DNA of 64,000 nt from positions 5,472,001 to 5,536,000 of the forward strand of contig CM000151.3 in NCBI GenBank assembly GCA_000004695.1, read 5' to 3'. The notes under the pieces are model-generated. The model made no database searches. It was not told the DNA's origin and saw only the letters and a list, made by a program, of their open reading frames with translations. Made by a program: the position numbers and the translations under genes. Origin of the DNA: Dictyostelium discoideum. Lineage: Eukaryota. Below, piece after piece: positions 47,854-60,013 of the stretch (positions are counted from its first letter, which is position 1; every line of letters begins with the position of its first letter).

Positions 47854-48906
47854 TTAAGTTTCATAAATAACATTCCAATGACCAGATTTAATACCAGTAT
47901 TAAATTTAACAATGATTGGTATAGTTGTATATTTTAATAAATTTTCAACTGATTTTTCAGATAAATTAAATTTTTTAGCTAAAAATTGTGCATTATTTAA
48001 AATTGGATCTTCACGATATAATGAGAATAAATCTACTAAATTTTCACCATTAATTCTATGATTTGTGAGTTTATCTTTTTGAATTCTTTGTTTAATTTTT
48101 GAAATACGACTTGAGATATCATCAGATTGAGTCACTTTATTAAATGCTGAATCACTATTTGAAATCATTGATGATAAACCATTTGGTTTTATTAATTGAT
48201 TATTTTCTAATTGTTTATCGGTGATTTCAAATGGTGTTTCAAAATGTGTGTCTGCTTTAATGAAATTCTCTGAAATCTTATTATATAAATCAACTTTTTC
48301 ATTATCTTTATAAATGAAATCTGATTGATCCATTGAATCTAAAATTTCCATTTTCTCTTGATATTTCTTCTTTAATCTCTCTTCAACTTTTCTTTCAATC
48401 TCTTCAAATGAATCCATTTCTCCAACATCATTAAATAAATCAATACTATGTTTATTTGAAAGTTCATGATTCTCTTTTATCCTATATATCATATCTTGAA
48501 ATTTTTTACCACCTTTTATAAAAATACCTTTTTCATTTAATTGATTTTCAACTTTTTCTTCTTCTTTTTCTTCTTCTTTTATTTCATTATTATTATTATT
48601 ATTATTATTATCATCATCATTTTCATCTTCATAATATTCTTCGTCATCGAATTCAACTTCTTCAGTATATTCTTCATTTGGTAAATATGCACCTAATGAT
48701 TCTAATTCTTTTGATAATCTACTTCTTGATGGTATCATTAAATTTTCATCTTTTTCATTATTTGAATTTTCATTTATTTTATTATTTGAAGAAAAGTTTC
48801 TTATTATATTATTTGAATTATTAAATGATGGATGTGAGTATGATGCTTTAAAAATATTGTTGGGGATATTTTTCCTTTTAATATTGTTTAAAATAAAACA
48901 TTTCAT
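47854..48906 (-). CDS. Hypothetical protein (350 aa) with a basic N-terminus (possible mitochondrial presequence) and an acidic E/D/N tract.
   Basis: Intact ORF with ATG at 48906..48904. No recognisable domain. Confidence 0.5.
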   Translation of the reverse strand: MKCFILNNIKRKNIPNNIFKASYSHPSFNNSNNIIRNFSSNNKINENSNNEKDENLMIPSRSRLSKELESLGAYLPNEEYTEEVEFDDEEYYEDENDDDNNNNNNNNEIKEEEKEEEKVENQLNEKGIFIKGGKKFQDMIYRIKENHELSNKHSIDLFNDVGEMDSFEEIERKVEERLKKKYQEKMEILDSMDQSDFIYKDNEKVDLYNKISENFIKADTHFETPFEITDKQLENNQLIKPNGLSSMISNSDSAFNKVTQSDDISSRISKIKQRIQKDKLTNHRINGENLVDLFSLYREDPILNNAQFLAKKFNLSEKSVENLLKYTTIPIIVKFNTGIKSGHWNVIYET

Positions 48907-49642
48907 TTTTTTTGGGTGAGGGGGTTTGTTGCTGGATTATATGAAAAAATAGTTTTTATAAAAAAAAAAAAAAAAAAAAAAATTGTAAAAAAAAAATTGA
49001 AAAAAAAAAATTAAAAAAAAATTAAAATAAAGAAATAATTTTTTTTTTTTTTTTTTTAATTTTAAAATTGTAACCAAATAATTATTTATTTGAAATTGAT
49101 TTTAATCAAAAAATAAAATGAAAAGAAATAAAACTAATCAAAAGTTTTTATTTAGATTTATTTTTAATTTTTTTTTTAATTTTTTTTTTTTTTTTTTATT
49201 ATTTTAATAAAAAGAAGAAAAATTTCGATTTCATTTTTTCTTTTTCTTACATAAAATCATAAATTAAATTATTACATAAAAAATAAAAATAAAAATAAAA
49301 ATAAATATTAAAATAAATAAAAAAAAAAAAAAAAAAAAATTTTCTAAACACCCATTCCATATATATCTATTTTTTAGTTTTTAAAAAAATATTTTTTTTA
49401 TTTTATTTTATTTTATTTTATTTTTTAATTTTTTATTTTTTATTTTTTCTTACCAAATTGGTATTTTATTCATTAATAGGCGTCATTATTATTAATCATT
49501 AGAAAATAAAGTTTGTCATTTATAAAATAAATAAAATAAATAAAATAAATAAAAAAAAAAAAAAAAAAAAATTAAAAATACTAAAAAACGTGTCTCATTA
49601 TAAAAAGGAAATTTATTGATAATTTAATTAAAATTATATATT

Positions 49643-49674
<32 letters not shown>

Positions 49675-50218
49675 TAAATAAAAAAAAAAAACCTATACAA
49701 TTTTTCAAACAATGGTTTTTTAATTAATAAAAAAAACTCTACAAATAAACACATCATCTATATAACTATTTAAATATTTATTTATTTATTTATTTATTTA
49801 TTTATCCATTTATTTTTTAAATTAAAAAAACAAATTAAAAAAAAAAAAAAAAAATAAAATAAAATAAAATTACCCTCATTACTTATATAAAAAAAAAATA
49901 ATATTTAACCACTAAATTTCATTCATACCACTATTATTTAAATAAACCCCAATCTACTAAAATAAATAATTTTTTTATAAACACCATTTTTTAAAACAAC
50001 TATTTTTAAAACAAATATTTAATAAACATAAAGTAAATAAAATAAAATAAAATAAAATAAAATAAAATAAAAAATTTTTTTAAAAAAAAACAAAGAAAAA
50101 ATATTAATTAATTAAATTTTTTATTTTTTATAAAATAATATTTATAAGAAAAAAAAAAAAAAAAAAAAAAGAATAATAATTCCTTTTTTTTTTTTTTTCA
50201 TAGAATATAATAGCAACA

Positions 50219-50923
50219 ATGATGGAGAAAATGGATAAATATGATACAATTCTTTGGCGATTAAGAGAATTGGAAGAAAATTCAAAATGTGCTGATTGTA
50301 CTGATAGTGTAAGTTCAAATTTAAAAATTAAATTAAAAAACAATAATAATTTTATTAACTTTTTTTTTTATTTTATTTTTTATTTTTTTTATTGTTATCA
50401 AAGTTTCCAAGATATATGAATACAACATATGGAACATTTGTTTGCTCGGTATGTGGTGCAATTCATAGAGAATTGGGAAATAGAGTAAAATCAATATCAT
50501 CTGATAAATTTACCCAACAAGATATTGAAAGACTTGAAAAAGTTGGTAACAAAATGGCTGATGAAATTTGGTTATCAAAATGGAGTCAACAACAGTATCC
50601 ACTACCATTCCCAAGTGATGAAAAGAGGGTTAGAGATTTCATTAAAATGAAATACATTGAAAAGAAATGGATTAAAGAAGGTATTAAACAATCTGATTTC
50701 ATTTCACCACCAACTCAATCAACACCTGGTTCAACTCCAACTTTCACTTCTCCAAAGCAACAACAACAACAACAACCATCAGCAGTATCTCAAAAACAAC
50801 AAACTACATCACCATTAAGAAATAGTGGTGAGAAAAAAGAAATACTCACTTCAAAAGATTCTTTATCAAAAGAGTTTGAAAGTTTATCATTAGGAAATTC
50901 AAATAATTTATTAAATACTAATC

Positions 50924-50967
<44 letters not shown>

Positions 50968-51310
50968 CCTTCAACTCAAACATCTCAACAATCAATTCCA
51001 TTCATTCAACAAGCTGAAATTAATCAACAACAGCAACAGCAACAGCAACAATTTGATTCAAATGGTAAACCATTCAATCCTTTTAGAGATGAAAATAAAT
51101 ATTTTAATTCAAAACCACAACCAATTGAAAGTAAAGCATCATTCCCACCATTTTCAGAGAAACCATTTAATCAACATTCCTATTTAAATGAAAAAAGTAC
51201 AATGAATGCTGATCAAAGTCTTGGTAATAATTCTTCATTTTATTCTAAAATTCAAGTTCAACATCCAACCCCAAAATCACCACCAACCTCAATCTATGAT
51301 ACTCAACAAT

Positions 51311-51354
<44 letters not shown>

Positions 51355-52753
51355 AAACCACAACAATATCAAAATCAACAACAACATCAACAAAAATTAC
51401 AACCACAGCAACAATCACAATACCAACAACAACAACAACAACAACCACCACCACCATATATAAATCAACAGCCACAATACAACCAAACAAATAGTCAAAT
51501 GAATCAAATGAATGGTCATGCAAACCAAATGAACAACCAAATGAATCAAATGAATAACCAAATGAATCAAATGGGTAATAGTATAATGGATGGTAACCAA
51601 ATGGTGAATAATTTCCAACAACAGCAACAACAACCACAACAATATAATCCATTTATTGATACTAATTTAAGCAATAATCAATTGGCATTAGTTCCAGTTG
51701 AACAAAATAATAATAGTAATAATAATAATAATCAAATGGCAGTGTATCCTCAACAACCACCACAACCACAACAACATAATATGAATTTCCAACAACAACA
51801 TCAACAATATCAACCACAACAGCAACCACAACAACAAAATTTATCAAATATTAATATGAATAATAGCAATAGTAATATTCCAAATGGAAATCCATTTGGA
51901 ATTTCAGATCAAGTTGTTTTAAAACATCAACAAATGCATCAACAAAATATGAATCAACAAAATATGCAACAACCACAAATGATGATGAATTCAAATGGTC
52001 AAATGGTAATGGTTACTGGTGGTCCTGCTACCACTACAACTACAACAATTATACATACTCCAATTAATGGAAATTTACCATCAGAGTCATCATCATCATC
52101 TGGTAATCCATTTGATCAACAACAACAACAACAACAACAACCATTAGATGAAATGTTTGGTAAAAAGGTTAATAGTGATCCTGTATTCCCTGCTTCAAGT
52201 TCATCATTTGAAAGTGGTAATAGCTTAGATAGATCTGATGAGGAACAAAAAGAAGCATGGAGAAGAATTCAAGAAAAGAATATTCAAATCCAAAATGATA
52301 AAGAAATTGCAAGAAAATTACAATTGGAAGAAGAAGAAATCTTTAAAACTAGACCAAGAAGTAATACTGAACCCTCACCACGTGATAGAACTACTTCACA
52401 ATTACAGCTTCAACAATCTCAACCTCAACCTCAACAACAACAATATCATTACTCATCTTATAGTTCATCATATGATACAGCAAATAATCATGGTAATGGT
52501 ATGCCAATAACTCAGCAACATATTGTAAGTGGACATCATCGTTCAAGTAGTGGTAGTAATATTCTAAAACGTCTTAGTGGTAGATCTAGAAGTAAATCAT
52601 ATGATTATGATGATCCATTTGAAATCAATCCAAGACCTTTGAATAAAAGTGGTGGTTATGATGATTATGACAGTTTTATGAGAAAAAATAAACGTATCCC
52701 AGGTGGAGGTAGTAATTATCAACCAAAAATTAGTCAACAAGATTATTATCAAG

Positions 52754-52788
<35 letters not shown>

Positions 52789-53118
52789 TATCAACAACAA
52801 CCATCATCACAACAAATTGTTGTTCATGAACAAAGTAACTATAATAATAATAATAATAATAACAATGCAAACAGATCATATAATGAATGTGATTATTGTG
52901 GTAAAGATGTTGGTTTAGAATCGATGAGTTACCATAAGAATACTGAATGTATTCTTAGACAAGAAAGATGTTCCATGTGTAATAAATTGGTAAAACATAT
53001 GCAAATGGGTGACCATCAATTACAATGTCAAACAAATACTTACACATGTGGTGTTTGTGGTAGATTAGTAATGGGAAAAGAAATGCAAAATCATATGGCA
53101 TATGTTCATAATCAATAA
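50219..53118 (+). CDS. ArfGAP-domain protein with a long Q/N/P-rich low-complexity middle and three C-terminal TRAF-type C2HC zinc fingers. Two exons: 50219..50308, 50404..53118.
   Basis: Exon 1 is MMEKMDKYDTILWRLRELEENSKCADCTDS|GTAAGT. Acceptor is atcaaAG (50402-50403). Exon 2 reads FPRYMNTTYGTFVCSVCGAIHRELGNRVKSISSDKFTQQDIERLEKVGN, completing the ArfGAP C4 zinc finger CxxC-x16-CxxC. C-terminal fingers are CDYCGKDV...H....C, CSMCNKLV...H...C and CGVCGRLV...H.....H. A UIM/MIU-like helix (EEQKEAWRRIQEKNIQIQNDKEIARKLQLEEEE) is also present. The ORF-track M at 50392 is TTG, not ATG. Confidence 0.8.
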
Positions 53119-53394
53119 AAATAAAAAAATAAAAAAAAAAAAATAAAATTTTTTAAAATAAAATGTGGATTTTTAATTTAATTTAAAATTAAAATCAAGA
53201 TATATAAATATTCTATAAATAAAAAACTAAAAAAAGAATTTTTTACTTTTTTATTTTTTTGTTTTTTTAATAATCGATATTATTTAATTTAACCTTTTAA
53301 GGATTTTTGGAAAGTTTAAAAAAAAAAAAAATTACTCTTTTTTTTGGGAGAAATTAAAACCTAAATTTTTAATTTTTTTTTTTTTATTTTTTTT

Positions 53395-53438
<44 letters not shown>

Positions 53439-53677
53439 TTTATTGACTTTTTTTTTTTAGTTTTTATTTTATTTTATTTTTATTAAACGATATAATATAA
53501 AAAATTTTCTTTATTTTTTAATTTTTTTTTTTTTTTTTTTTTATATAAATATCAAACCATATAAAAAGTTTTTTATTTGAAATTAAAAAAAAAAAAAAAA
53601 AAAAAAAAGACAAAATCACAAACTAAAATATCAAAATAACCCACTATAAAAATAATATATATATAATACCTTAAAAA

Positions 53678-54530
53678 ATGAAACTCTTTGGTAAACCAAA
53701 ACCAAAACAAGATACTCAAGAAACAATTGGTAAACTTAGATTAACATTAGATATGCTTGAAAAAAGGCAAACATTTTTACAAGATAAATTAGAAAAAGAA
53801 CAAGAAAAAGCAAAGGTCTTAGTCAGCCAAAAAAGAAAGAGAGAAGCATTATTATGTTTAAAAAAGAGAAATAATTTTCAAAATGAGGTTACAAAATTAC
53901 AAGGTTCATATGATACATTAAATCAACAAGTAAGTAATATATATACATATATATATTTATTTTCTAAATATAATATATGTATATATAATTTTAATAATCA
54001 CACACACAACTAATAATAAATAAATTTTTTTTAGATTTTTGCATTAGAGAATGCAAAGATGAATATGGAAATTATGAATTCAATGAGAGATGGTGCAAGA
54101 TCATTAAGAGAATTACATGGTCACCTTACTATCGATAAAGTTGATGACGTAATTGAAGAGATTCAAGAGCAAATGGAAATTCACGAAGAAATTTCAAATG
54201 CTATCAGTCAACCATTAGGTAACCAAGTTGAAGATGAAGAAGAATTACTAAGAGAATTAGCTGAATATGAGCAAGAAGAATTAGATGCTCAATTACTTAA
54301 TATTAAAGCACCTTCAAGAGAATTACCACAAGAAATTCAAGTAAATTGTAAGTGTTATGTTGTTTTTTTTTTTTTTTTTTATAAAAAAAAGGTATAAAGA
54401 GTAGAGTTTTAACTAACATTTTTATTTTTTTTATTATTTATATTTAGTCCCAACTATTTCAAAAACTGTACCAAAACTTTCAAAAGAAGAAGAAGAGATT
54501 AGAGCTTTGGAAGAATCTTTAGCAATGTAA
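53678..54530 (+). CDS. vps32: ESCRT-III subunit CHMP4/Snf7 (Vps32). Three exons: 53678..53929, 54035..54347, 54448..54530.
   Basis: Exon 1 ends ...LNQQ|GTAAGT. Exon 2 after tttAG reads IFALENAKMNMEIMNSMRDGARSLRELHGHLTIDKVDDVIEEIQEQMEIHEEISNAISQP... (compare CHMP4B REALENANTNTEVLKNMGYAAKAMKAAH...IDKVDELMQDI). It ends QEIQVN + t|GTAAGT. Exon 3 after tatttAG reads (F)PTISKTVPKLSKEEEEIRALEESLAM*, a typical Snf7 C-terminal tail. Confidence 0.85.
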
Positions 54531-54798
54531 ATTAATTTCAATAAAAAATAGAAAAGAAAAAAAAACAAAAAAAAAAAGGAATACAAAAAAAAAAAAAAAA
54601 AACAAAAAACAAAACTTAAACCAACCACACTGTTTTAATTTTATTTATTTTAAATTTAATAAAACTAAAAAAAAATATCTCTTTTTTTTTTTTTTTTAAT
54701 AAATATATAAATAATAATAACGGTTTTTGTTTTTTTTTTTTTTTTTTTTTTTAAAACTATTAAAAGAAAAAAAAAAAAGTTGCTATTTATTTTTTAAA

Positions 54799-56811
54799 TC
54801 ATAAATTTTTTCTATTTGACGTTGAACTTAAAAAACTACTATTATTGTTACTGTTATTATTATTATTATTATTAATATTAATATTATTCCTAGTAGTATC
54901 ATCAGAATTTATAACAGATTCTTCTTGTATAACTTTCCAAAATGATAATAAATTTGGAGCTAATTGAGGATGATTATATTTTTGAGATTGATGTTTTAAT
55001 TGATGGGATTGTTGTTTTTGTTGTTGATAAGTTGGAATAAATTGATTATCATTATTATTTTGATTATTATTATTTTGATTATTTTGATTATTATTTAAAC
55101 TTGAATTCAAAGTTAAATCATCTTCAATTATAGAAGTATCATCATTTGTTGATTCATTTGTTGTTAATAAATTATTTGAAAGTATTTTTTGTTGTGATAA
55201 TTGAGTATTTTGTTGATTTTTAATTAATTGATATTGAAGTTCTTGTAATTTTTCAATTTGAAGATGTTGTTGTTGAATTTGTTGTTGTAACTCTACAATG
55301 TATTGATTTGAAAGTTGTTGTTGAAATTGTTGTTGTGCTTGTTGAAATTGTTGAATTTTATTAACTTTTTGAATTTTTTTATTTTGTTGATCAATTTTAA
55401 TTTGTTCATTAAAATCAATATCTTTATGATATTGAATATTGTTAGCTTTAGATGAGTCATTTGTTGAATTAAAAATATTGCTATTTGAAGTATTGGTGGT
55501 GTTGGTGGTATTGGTGTTGGTATTAAATAAGGATTGTTGTTGTTCTTTTAAGATTTGTTGTGATTGTTCTTTTAAAATTAAATTATCACGTAATGGGTTA
55601 ATGAAAGAGTCATTTCTAAAACCTAAACCCAATGCTAAATGAGCAGGTGTTTTCTTTGTATAAGGTAAAATATTTTTAACATGACAATAGTATTTCAAAC
55701 CAATAAAAGTTAAACCACCAATACATGCAATTGAGCCACAAGCAATTGGGAATGCCAATGGGTGTTGCTCAAATCCTGAAATGAGATTCATACCAAATGT
55801 ACCGGCTATAACACTACCAAGACCTGTTGAAATGGTCACTAAACTTAACATAAGATTCATTCTCATCATTTTATTTCTTGCAGTATCCAATTGAAAATTT
55901 ACGAATTCCTCAGTTGAATTTAATGTTTCCTTAAGTTGTGAAATATTACTCGATAGTAATTCCAATTGTCTTGTGTATGTTTCCAAGAGGATTTCAATTT
56001 CATCGTGTTGATTCTTTTTTCTTGCACCACCAGTTGCATGACGAAATGAAAGATACATCAATGCCATATCCTCATCGGCCTCCAATAGATCGGTGATTGC
56101 GTCTATGATCTCCTTTATTTTAACTTCAAATTGATTGAGACCTTTTTTATGATACAACAATAGTTCCTCTAAATTATGTTCAGGATTCTCATTTAACATT
56201 TGCAATTCCTTCTCTATCAATGATTGCATTCTTCTAAATTCAAATTCTAATTTTCTACAAATTAAATCCAATATAGATTCAAATACTTTAAATTCAAATG
56301 GTAATGGTAAGTATTCTGTACCTTGTGATGTTAATGATTCATGAATACCAATGGCAGTTTCATCCTTTATTTGAGTGTTTCCTGTATCGAATAGCAATAC
56401 TCTATTATATTGCACAATGGCCCTAACACAACCAATACTAATTAATATAACTTTATCTCTAACTAAAATCGTTGGCATTTGTGGTGGAAATGATGGATCG
56501 ATCGTACGTAAATCACGAGCTTGTAATTTTAATTCATTCGATAAACTACCCTTATAAAATCTTTCCTCTGATCTATTACCATTTATATCAATCGTTAAAA
56601 CATTTAATGATTTTAATCCATCCGTTGTGAAACTACTTGGATTTTGATTATTATTTTGTGATGATGATGATGATGATGATGGTTTTGAAAATGATTCTTC
56701 ATCAAATATTTTACTAATTGTTGATGTTGTTGATACAATTTTCTCATTCTTTTGTTTATTAATTATATCAATATTATCTTTACCAATTGTACCAATATTT
56801 TTATTTTCTAA

Positions 56812-56883
<72 letters not shown>

Positions 56884-57042
56884 TTCATCATAATCATTAT
56901 GGTTATCTTCTTTATTTAATGGATTACTTATAAATGGTGTTGATAAATTAACCTTTGTAAAATATCTTTGATTATTTGGTCGAAAAATTAATTTATTACT
57001 TTTACAGTTTTTAATTAAATTATAATTTATTAATTTATTCAT
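54799..57042 (-). CDS. Mrs2/CorA-family Mg2+ transporter, a mitochondrial inner-membrane type, with a long Q/N-rich C-terminal extension.
   Basis: Single 747-aa ORF. Basic N-terminal presequence. Conserved GMN motif in ...GTFGMNLISGFEQHPLAFPIACGSIACIGGLTFIGLKYY, with two transmembrane helices flanking the GMN. Confidence 0.8.
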
Positions 57043-57289
57043 TTTATTTTATTATTATTATAATTTTTTTTTTTTTTTTACATATATAATTTATTTCTTT
57101 TATTTCTTTTTTATAATATAATATTATTTTTTATTTATTTGTTTATTTGTTTATCACTGATGTTTTAAGAAATTGGAAAAAAAAAAAAACGTGGGAAATC
57201 GTTATTTTTTAAATTAAATTTTTTTTTTTGATTTTTAAATTAATTTTTTTTTATTTTTTTTTTTTTTTGCAAAGATATCAAAATGGTTT

Positions 57290-57480
57290 TTTTTTTTTTT
57301 TTTTTTTTTCGACATGATATCACCACAAAATATTTGGTTATTAAATTTTTTTTTTTTTCGACATGATATCATCAAAATATTTGTTTATTAAATTCTTTGG
57401 CTTTTTCGACATGGTATCATCAAAATATTTGGTTATTAACTTCTTTTTTTCGACATGGTATCATTAAAATGTTTGTTTAT
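57290..57480. repeat. Four tandem copies of a ~46 bp unit (TTTTTCGACATGRTATCAYCAAAATRTTTGKTTATTAAAYT) in the divergent intergenic region between the Mrs2-like gene and the 58051 gene.
   Basis: cgacatgatatcaccacaaaatatttggttattaaa / cgacatgatatcatcaaaatatttgtttattaaa / cgacatggtatcatcaaaatatttggttattaac / cgacatggtatcattaaaatgtttgtttattaaa. Confidence 0.8.
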
Positions 57481-57916
57481 TAAATTTTTTGGTTTTTTTT
57501 ATTTTTTCTTATTATTATAATTTTTTTTTTTTAAATACAAAAATCTTGGAATTTTTTTTTTTCTTTTTTAAAAATTATTTTGTTATTGTTATAATCAATT
57601 TTAGTGTAAGCTTACACACAGAAAAAGAAACACACCACTTTTTTTATTTTTTTTTTATTTTTAATATTTTTTTATTTTTATTTTTTAAATAATATCTGAT
57701 TTAGTTATATAAATTGTAAAATCTTTCAAAGACTAAGATGATTCTTCATTGATCGGTTTGAACACTCTCACCATTTATAATAAATTTACAAATTTTTTTT
57801 TTTTTATTTTATCTTAAAATCTATCCGTCCTAAAAAGAAATAAAATTTAACTGTTTGTTTGAAATAAATAAATTTTATTATTATTATTATTATTTTAAAA
57901 AATAATATTGTAGTTA

Positions 57917-57954
<38 letters not shown>

Positions 57955-58050
57955 AATTTATAAATAAAATAAATAAATAAATAAAAAATTTATATTCATT
58001 TTTCTTTTTATTAAAAAACAAAATAAAAAAAATTAATAAAATTAAATAAA

Positions 58051-58780
58051 ATGAATAGTTTTATAAAAAATATTATAGTTTTAATAATAATAATTTTTTT
58101 TTTTTTAAATGAAATTAAAAGTAGTGAAATATGTAAGAATCAATTATTAAAATATTTTGAAAATAATAATAATAATAATAATTTTTTATCATTAGAATTA
58201 TCAATTACTATAATTAAAAATAATGGACAAATAATATATGGAAATGGAGAATTACATAAAGAGGGTGAAAATAAATTAGTAAATAATGATGGTTTAATTG
58301 GATATCAAAATGATAAAATTCCATGGTTATCAAATGATGATCCAGAATCAGATCAACCATTTTCAAATTTACGTACTTTTAGAGTTTATTATGGTGAATT
58401 TTATATTCATAAAGATGGTTATTTAATTATAGGTTCATGTAAAAATAAAATTGAATTTACAATTTTATGTAATGATACAATTTTTTCAGGTTTATTATTT
58501 GATGATTTATATACTATTCAAATTAAAACTAAATCAAATAATAATAATATTAATAGTAATAATAATAATAATAATTATACAAATAATAGTAATATTAATA
58601 ATAATAATAATAATAATATTAATATTAATAATAATACAAATACAAATAATATTAATAGTAATAATATTGAAATTAAAAGTATAATAACAAATAGTTGGAG
58701 TGAAGGTAGTGGCAGTAATATTACAAAATATTCATTAGTTAAAACTGTAATTTTAAATAATTCTTCAAATATTATAAATA

Positions 58781-58819
<39 letters not shown>

Positions 58820-59034
58820 TTACTTCATTAACATTTGGAAGTGAAAAATTAATGTTGAGAGATGATCTTAGTTTTTGGGGTGTAAATAAAGTAATTTCAC
58901 CAAATTTAAATAATAATTTTACAACAATTTTCTCATTACCATCTTATTCATTACCAATTTCACCAGGCAAAACTTATGAATTTGGTTTCATTATTAAAGG
59001 TTCAACAACAATTCCAATTTTCAAAATATTTTAA
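58051..59034 (+). CDS. Secreted N-rich hypothetical protein (327 aa) with a signal peptide.
   Basis: MNSFIKNIIVLIIIIFFFLNEIKSSE signal peptide. Intact ORF with long poly-N tracts. No recognisable domain. Confidence 0.5.
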
Positions 59035-59039
59035 TTTTA

Positions 59040-59073
<34 letters not shown>

Positions 59074-59099
59074 AAGAAAAAAAGAAAAAAAAAAAAAAA

Positions 59100-59280
59100 A
59101 AAAAAAGTTTAAGTAAAAAAGGGAAAGAACTATGGTTCACCTGTCTTTTCCTACCAAAAAATAAAAGTAAAAGTAAAAAAGGTTCGCCGGTCTTTTCCAA
59201 CCAAAAAATAAAAGTAAAAGTAAAAAAGGGAAAGAAACATGGTTCGCCTGTCTTTTCATACCAAAAAATTTTTCTTTAGA
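59100..59280. repeat. Three tandem copies of a 45-62 bp unit (aaaaagggaaagaaNNatggttcRccKgtcttttcNtaccaaaaaataaaagtaaaagt).
   Basis: Seen directly. They lie between the 58051 gene and the peptidase gene. Confidence 0.75.
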
Positions 59281-59425
59281 ATTTTCAAAATTTTTTGGTT
59301 GAAATTTGTTTTAATTTTTTTTTTTTTGTTTTTGAGCTTGTCACCGTTCCATTTTTTTTTTTTTTAATCAAAAAATTAATTTTTTTTTTTTTTTTTTTAA
59401 ATCAAAAACATAAAAAAAACAAATA

Positions 59426-59975
59426 ATGAATAAAATTAATTTATTTATAATTTTAACAATTTTAATTAATTGTTATTTTGGTATTAATCAAGTTAATGGT
59501 AAATTTCATCAAGAATTAGGATGGAAACAATCATTAACAAGAGAATTTATTGATCCAAATACACCAATCACTTTTAGAATTTATGTAAAACAACAAAATT
59601 TTGAACAATTAAAAATCAAAGTTCGTGATGTTTCAGACCCACACTCAAACAACTATGGTAATTATTTAAGTGTTGATGAAATTACATCAATAATTTCACC
59701 ATCAAAAGAATCATTAACCTTAATTGAAAAATGGATTCAACCATTCAATCCAATTGAAATTGAATACAATGATAATCAAGATTGTATGTTCATTACAATG
59801 TCAAAACAAAATATTGAAAAATTAATGAATATTAAAATCTTTAAATTTATTCATCAAAATGGTAAAATCATTCTTCGTTCACCAATTGATCCAATTATTC
59901 CTTCAAATTTATTAAAACATATTGATTTAATTACTGGTATTAGTCATTTCCCAGTTTGTAAGTTTTATTATTATT

Positions 59976-60013
<38 letters not shown>

